From contig CBDEFO010000007.1 in the NCBI GenBank assembly GCA_965237525.1, forward strand, positions 96,001-160,000: DNA of 64,000 bases. The letters are read 5' to 3'. Origin of the DNA: Candidatus Latescibacterota bacterium (GTDB taxonomy: Bacteria; Latescibacterota; CBDEFO01). This document shows positions 59,289 through 64,000 of the stretch, piece after piece. The notes under the pieces are model-generated. The model was not told where the DNA came from, searched no databases, and worked only from the letters and a program-made list of their open reading frames with translations. The position numbers and the translations under genes were made by a program. The stretch's first letter is position 1; each line of letters begins with the position of its first letter.

Positions 59289-59885
59289 CTAGGAATCTGT
59301 TGCGATACTAATTTTGCGAACTAAGTAGTCTACGACCTGGAATATGACAATCAGGCCTATCAGTGTCTTTGCCATCAGAGTCAGCGTATAGCCAATAAGC
59401 AAGAAGACACCAGCCCAATCCTTTGTTATTGTCAGGTGTTTCGCTAATGACTCGTATTTTAGTGATAACCTGGCATTGACAAAATTTGCAACCTCGTTCG
59501 GCCACTTGAAAAACCAATACCAGTTTGTAGAAAGGAAGAAAGTGGTACCCAACAGCCTTACCGGGAGTTATAGTATATGAGTAATTCGTGGCCTCAGCAA
59601 TGACCTTATGTATTCTGTAAATGCAGAATAGCCAATAAATCCACCGATCAGGGCTATTAGAATAGACAAGAGGGCTACTTTATCAGCAGTGGTGGGATCT
59701 ATAATCTCTTCTATTATAGGGAGATTGCTGATATTATCGACCACAAGGAGCGCTGCCACAATGATGTATCCAATCCACATTTTGGGGAGAGCAGATGAAA
59801 TATGCTCTTTTGGTGATTGAATCTCGTTGATGGTGTCCTTTTCCTTCAGAAGCCAGACAAAACTGGCTATCTTCCAGCATCCCAA
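59289..59885 (-). pseudogene. Hypothetical multi-pass membrane protein split by an in-frame TAA (59568-59570)
   Basis: ORFs 59568-59885 and 59289-59552 are in the same frame and both hydrophobic. Confidence 0.4.
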
Positions 59886-62138
59886 CTATTCATCATCTCC
59901 CATTTCCAATTCTTCAAGATAGCTATCATCCACAAGGACTTCTCTTGCCTTGCTCCCGTCGGCAGGACCCACTATTCCCTCAGCTTCAAGCTCGTCCATG
60001 ATCCTTCCTGCTCTGGAGTATCCGACCTTTAGTCTGCGCTGGAGGAAGGAAGTTGATCCCTGCTGGTGCAGGATAATCAGCCTTGCTGCGTCTTCGAACA
60101 ACTCGTCTCTTTCGCCGCGTACACCGCCTCTTATAGCCTCGCCCTGTTCATCGAATATCGCGACCTCTTCAGCATTTATCTTCTGAACTTTTATCGCCTC
60201 CACTATGCGCTCTACTTCCTCAGTGGAAATGTAAGCGCCGTGAATCCTTACTGGTTCGGGCTGACCCACAGGGATGAAGAGCATATCCCCGCTTCCAATG
60301 AGACTCTCTGCGCCGTTGGTGTCTAAAATAGTTCTGGAGTCCACCTTGGAGGCGACCTGAAAGGCTATTCTTGAGGGGAAATTGGCCTTTATCACCCCTG
60401 TGATGATATTCACAGAGGGGCGCTGTGTCGCCAGGATCAGGTGTATGCCGATCGCCCTTGCCATCTGCGCCAGCCGCGCTATCGAATCCTCAATGTCCCT
60501 CGATGCAGTCAACATCAGATCTGCAAGCTCATCTATAATGATCACTATATAGGGCATGCGAGGCGGCACATCGTGGTCCTCCCTCGATTCTGCCGGTGGC
60601 GGTAGACGTTCTACCTTTCGGTTGTAATCATCTATATTCCTGACGCCTAATTTTACCATGTTTCTGTAGCGGGTTTCCATTTCCGCCACGGCCCACTTTA
60701 GAGCCTCAGATGCACTCTGCGGATCTGTAACGACAGGCGTCAGAAGATGGGGTATATCGTTATAGACCGAAAGTTCCAGCATCTTGGGATCTACCAGGAT
60801 CAATCTTACCTCCTCGGGGGTGGATCTGAATAGCAGACTGTTGATCAAAGCATTTAAGCACATGCTTTTGCCGCTGCCCGTTGCTCCGGCTATCAAAAGA
60901 TGCGGCATCTTTACCAGGTCAACGCAGTAAGGTTCTCCCCAGGTGGTCTTGCCGAGGGCAAAGAGTGTCTTGGACGTAGATTCCCTGAATTGGTCCGATT
61001 CCACTATCTCCTTGAGGTAGACCACAGAAGGCTCCTGATTGGGGACTTCAATCCCGACTACGGCTTTGCCCGGTATGGGAGCCTGAATCCTGATCCTTTT
61101 GGCTTTCATGACTAAGGCTAAGTCATCGACAAGAGCGACTATCCTGTTGACTTTGACCCCCGGCGCCGGCTCCACCTCATAGCGCGTTATCACAGGACCC
61201 GGGGTTACCTGTACGATCTTGCCGTCTATTCCGAAGTTGAAGAGTCCCTTCTCCACTACCGCTGCGCTCTTCATAAGCTCCTCTCTTTTGGGTTTGCTCT
61301 TCTCTTCGGGCAAGTCCTCCAAGAGCAGGGAGGATGGATATTCGTATATTATCTCCTCATCCTCATATCCTTCGGGGTCAGAGATCTCTGCTCGTGGCAG
61401 ACGTTCTTCACTATCATCCAAAGGGTCCACTATCTCTGGCTCGTGATACTCTATCACCTGGGGAGACGCGACGCTCTTCCGTTTAACCTTAACTGTAGGA
61501 CTACCTTTGGCGTTATTGCTTTCTTTGTCAGGCTCTGTGGAACGTCCACCACGATTGGATTTTGATTTTCCATCCTTCTGTTTTGACCTTCTGTTTTTGA
61601 TTCTGGTTCCGAACACCTCTCCTTTGGCTCTGATCTTGTCGGACACGGACGCTATAATCTTGGAGAGGCTGATTCTGGTAGCCGCGACAACTGTGACGAG
61701 GAAGAAAGCCGCTATCAGCACGTACGAACCGCCCTTTCCTAAATAGGGCAGCAGCACTTTAGTGGAGAGATTAAGTCCTAACCAACCTCCCAGTACAGAG
61801 CCTACATCCTCATTTGCTCCGGACGCCAATCCCGCCGCTCCGCAGTAGAGGGTTATAATAAGCAAGAGCGCAAGAGTCTTTATCAGGGATTCGGCGGCAT
61901 CTGTTCTGCGGAGCCTGTCCCATCCCCAGATTAAGAAGAACAGAGGGAGTGCAAAGGCTGCATATCCGACCCCTCGAAGCGCCAGGGACGATATGTATTC
62001 CCCGGCTTTGCCCGCCCAATTTCCATCTGTGACATCGTGAGGGATAAGGCTTATGGCTATCAATATGGATATAGCTATCAGAACGACGCCCAATATCTCA
62101 GATATCTTTCCATCGGACGCATTTGCATTATCAAGCAC
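59886..62138 (-). CDS. ftsK: DNA translocase FtsK
   Basis: N-terminal TMs, GPVITRYE, PHLLIAGATGSGKS, IDELADLM, ATQRPS and gamma domain LQRRLKVGYSRAGR. Confidence 0.97.
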   Translation of the reverse strand: MLDNANASDGKISEILGVVLIAISILIAISLIPHDVTDGNWAGKAGEYISSLALRGVGYAAFALPLFFLIWGWDRLRRTDAAESLIKTLALLLIITLYCGAAGLASGANEDVGSVLGGWLGLNLSTKVLLPYLGKGGSYVLIAAFFLVTVVAATRISLSKIIASVSDKIRAKGEVFGTRIKNRRSKQKDGKSKSNRGGRSTEPDKESNNAKGSPTVKVKRKSVASPQVIEYHEPEIVDPLDDSEERLPRAEISDPEGYEDEEIIYEYPSSLLLEDLPEEKSKPKREELMKSAAVVEKGLFNFGIDGKIVQVTPGPVITRYEVEPAPGVKVNRIVALVDDLALVMKAKRIRIQAPIPGKAVVGIEVPNQEPSVVYLKEIVESDQFRESTSKTLFALGKTTWGEPYCVDLVKMPHLLIAGATGSGKSMCLNALINSLLFRSTPEEVRLILVDPKMLELSVYNDIPHLLTPVVTDPQSASEALKWAVAEMETRYRNMVKLGVRNIDDYNRKVERLPPPAESREDHDVPPRMPYIVIIIDELADLMLTASRDIEDSIARLAQMARAIGIHLILATQRPSVNIITGVIKANFPSRIAFQVASKVDSRTILDTNGAESLIGSGDMLFIPVGQPEPVRIHGAYISTEEVERIVEAIKVQKINAEEVAIFDEQGEAIRGGVRGERDELFEDAARLIILHQQGSTSFLQRRLKVGYSRAGRIMDELEAEGIVGPADGSKAREVLVDDSYLEELEMGDDE

Positions 62139-62164
62139 TCTTTCTCCCCCCTTGTTTTCAATCT

Positions 62165-62395
62165 TTAAAAAGGGAATACCTTATCTATATTCGCTTTTAG
62201 GTACTCTTCTTCCCTTATCTTCTCTATATCCTCTTTGGACCGATAGACAAACAGAGTTCCGCATCGCTTGCAGACGCCGTAGAGCTTATCGTCCCCCGGG
62301 TGTCTTTCGATCGGGATGTTCGCAACTTCTCCCCTGCAGACATGCACCACATAATCAGAGTCACTTACAAAGACAACGTCTTTACCCATAAGCAA
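62165..62395 (-). CDS. Small hypothetical protein with HxC...CxxC putative zinc ribbon
   Basis: Fills the glnD-ftsK gap on the same strand; HVC...CKRC. Confidence 0.5.
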   Translation of the reverse strand: MLMGKDVVFVSDSDYVVHVCRGEVANIPIERHPGDDKLYGVCKRCGTLFVYRSKEDIEKIREEEYLKANIDKVFPF

Positions 62396-62416
62396 TCTCG
62401 TTTTTCGTCTTTGACT

Positions 62417-64000
62417 TCAACTAATCCTATCTAAGAGTGTATCTGCTATTATCTCCTGCTCATCTGGGTAGGTGATCCTGCTCCCGTCTACTTTGGTTAT
62501 GTAGAAGGCATCCACTGTCTGATCGACTTCTGTTGTGATCTTGGCTGTGTGTATATCCAACCCAAGATCCGAAAGCGTCCGCGTGATCTTGTAGAGGAGG
62601 CCGACGGTGTCCTGCGCGAATACGTCTATTACCGTGTATATATCGGACACACCGGCTTCGAAGACGACCTTTGTCGGGCGCGCAGATTCGGGAGGCTCTT
62701 TTCTTTTTGACCACCGTCTTTCGTGTTGGCGGAATAGGAGTTCGGTGCTTTGGTGTCCCCCGAAGATATCCTGAAGCTGCTTTTCTACCTCCGCCCAGCT
62801 TCCGGCGCGCACAGGACCGTGCGTCTCTGCGTCTGTAACCCGGAAGGTATCCAATGCCGTGTGGTCCGCTCTGGTGTATATCTCGGCGCTGAAGATATTG
62901 ATGTCGTTGACTGCAAGGATCGCACAGATTTGGGAGAGCAGATAGGGTCTATCCTTTGCGGCAAAATGGACGGATGTAAACTGGCTTTCTGGTTGTGGAG
63001 AAAGTGCAATAGGTTGTGTGTCCAGGGAATCCACAAGTTTTATATGTGTCCTTATATGTTCTGCATCGTTTGACAGGACGTATCTGGGGGGGAGGCTCCG
63101 TATATGGTTTCGGATTTTGTCTTCGGGAAATTCGTCCTGAAGCTGAGTTAGGATCTTCTTGAGAGCATCTTCGGCTTTTTGTTTTTCCTCCTCTTCCTTT
63201 GCCCCTGAGGTAATTCTTTCTGAGGTTTTGTAGTAAAGGTCAGTAAGGAGAGTCTCTTTCCAGTCTGTGAGTGCTTCCTTTGTAAGCGCAGACAGGTCTG
63301 CATAATTAAGCAGATATAGCATCTTTAACGTTTCAAGGTCGGGGAATGTTTCTGCGAAGGTCTCTTTGAACTTGGGATCGTTAAAGTCCCTCCTTTGCGA
63401 GTTCTGGGACATTATCAGGTGATTGGCGACGAGGAACTCTACAGTGTCCCTTTCCTTGTCGCAGAAATTCCAGCGCGAAAGGACTTCCCTGGATAGCTGG
63501 GCGCCTCTTTTTGAGTGATCCTTGCCCTCTCCCTTGCCGATGTCATGGAAAAGGATGGCAAGGTAAAGCAATTCTATTTTCCCTGTAATTTCGTAGAGCA
63601 CCCTTGCTATTGTGTATGGTGAACCGTTACCTCTGATTCTTTCTATGTTCTCGATTGCGACAAGTGTATGTTCATCCGCTGTGAAGACGTGGTATGTGTC
63701 GTACTGGACCAGACAATTTATCCGTCCAAATTCGGGGATGTAGCTTTCAAGGACCCCAAGTTCGTGCATGGAAAAGAGCGTAGATGCCACTCCGTAAGGG
63801 GCTTTCAATATCTTTAAAAACATGTCTCTATTTTGGGGTGATCTTCGAAAATCGTCGTCTACTAAATCGAGGTCTATTCTTATCTGTCTGTAAGCAGTTT
63901 CGCTTATGCAGGCTCTATATCTTTGAGCCTGGAAGAAGATGCTCAAGAGCCTTGTGGGGTCTTCTTTGAAAAAACTGCTTCTCCTTTTGGGCAGATATAT
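62417..64000 (-). CDS. glnD: [Protein-PII] uridylyltransferase GlnD (5' part outside the window)
   Basis: PEFG...VQYDTYHVFTADEHTL, LFHDIGKG (HD domain), QRRD and two ACT domains (DRPYLL, DTVGLLY). Confidence 0.93.
   Translation of the reverse strand: MYLPKRRSSFFKEDPTRLLSIFFQAQRYRACISETAYRQIRIDLDLVDDDFRRSPQNRDMFLKILKAPYGVASTLFSMHELGVLESYIPEFGRINCLVQYDTYHVFTADEHTLVAIENIERIRGNGSPYTIARVLYEITGKIELLYLAILFHDIGKGEGKDHSKRGAQLSREVLSRWNFCDKERDTVEFLVANHLIMSQNSQRRDFNDPKFKETFAETFPDLETLKMLYLLNYADLSALTKEALTDWKETLLTDLYYKTSERITSGAKEEEEKQKAEDALKKILTQLQDEFPEDKIRNHIRSLPPRYVLSNDAEHIRTHIKLVDSLDTQPIALSPQPESQFTSVHFAAKDRPYLLSQICAILAVNDINIFSAEIYTRADHTALDTFRVTDAETHGPVRAGSWAEVEKQLQDIFGGHQSTELLFRQHERRWSKRKEPPESARPTKVVFEAGVSDIYTVIDVFAQDTVGLLYKITRTLSDLGLDIHTAKITTEVDQTVDAFYITKVDGSRITYPDEQEIIADTLLDRIS

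Overview
A 64-kb bacterial window, probably from an FCB-group lineage such as Latescibacterota or KSB1. This is inferred from six proteins ending in a 'QNYPNPFNP...WDG(K/T)D...V(S/A)SG(I/V)Y' FlgD-Ig/T9SS-type tail, from TonB receptors, and from LolA. From left to right: (1-16.2 kb) a minus-strand sugar-acid/inositol/nonulosonate-type catabolic cluster, interrupted by an AT-richer XRE-ImmA/IrrE + DUF4411 PIN module; (16.5-29.5 kb) a plus-strand quinoprotein cluster with a TonB receptor, three tandem YliI-like PQQ sugar dehydrogenases, an aldo/keto reductase with an amber stop, two tandem secreted PQQ sugar dehydrogenases and a PQQ glucose-dehydrogenase-like protein; (29.8-40.4 kb) an IS1182-family element, arsM, a cobalamin-riboswitch-controlled btuB/btuG-like/btuF set and a LytS/LytTR pair; (40.4-54.2 kb) a dockerin-cohesin protein and a giant surface-protein gene (about 2,970 aa reconstructed) broken by two more IS1182 copies and a 4-bp duplication; (54.5-64 kb) an IS1380 remnant, a MITE and housekeeping genes (HIT, S8 protease, lolA, ftsK, glnD). 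The most unusual signal is a 19-bp palindrome, CCCGATTGANTCTATCGGG, present 10 times. It behaves like an ultra-small insertion element: it sits almost always inside a C^G step, is nested inside itself once, is present in one MITE copy but absent from the other, and supplies the stop codon of two genes. No rRNA, tRNA, CRISPR array or reverse transcriptase was seen. Several frameshifts lie in homopolymers and may be sequencing errors.
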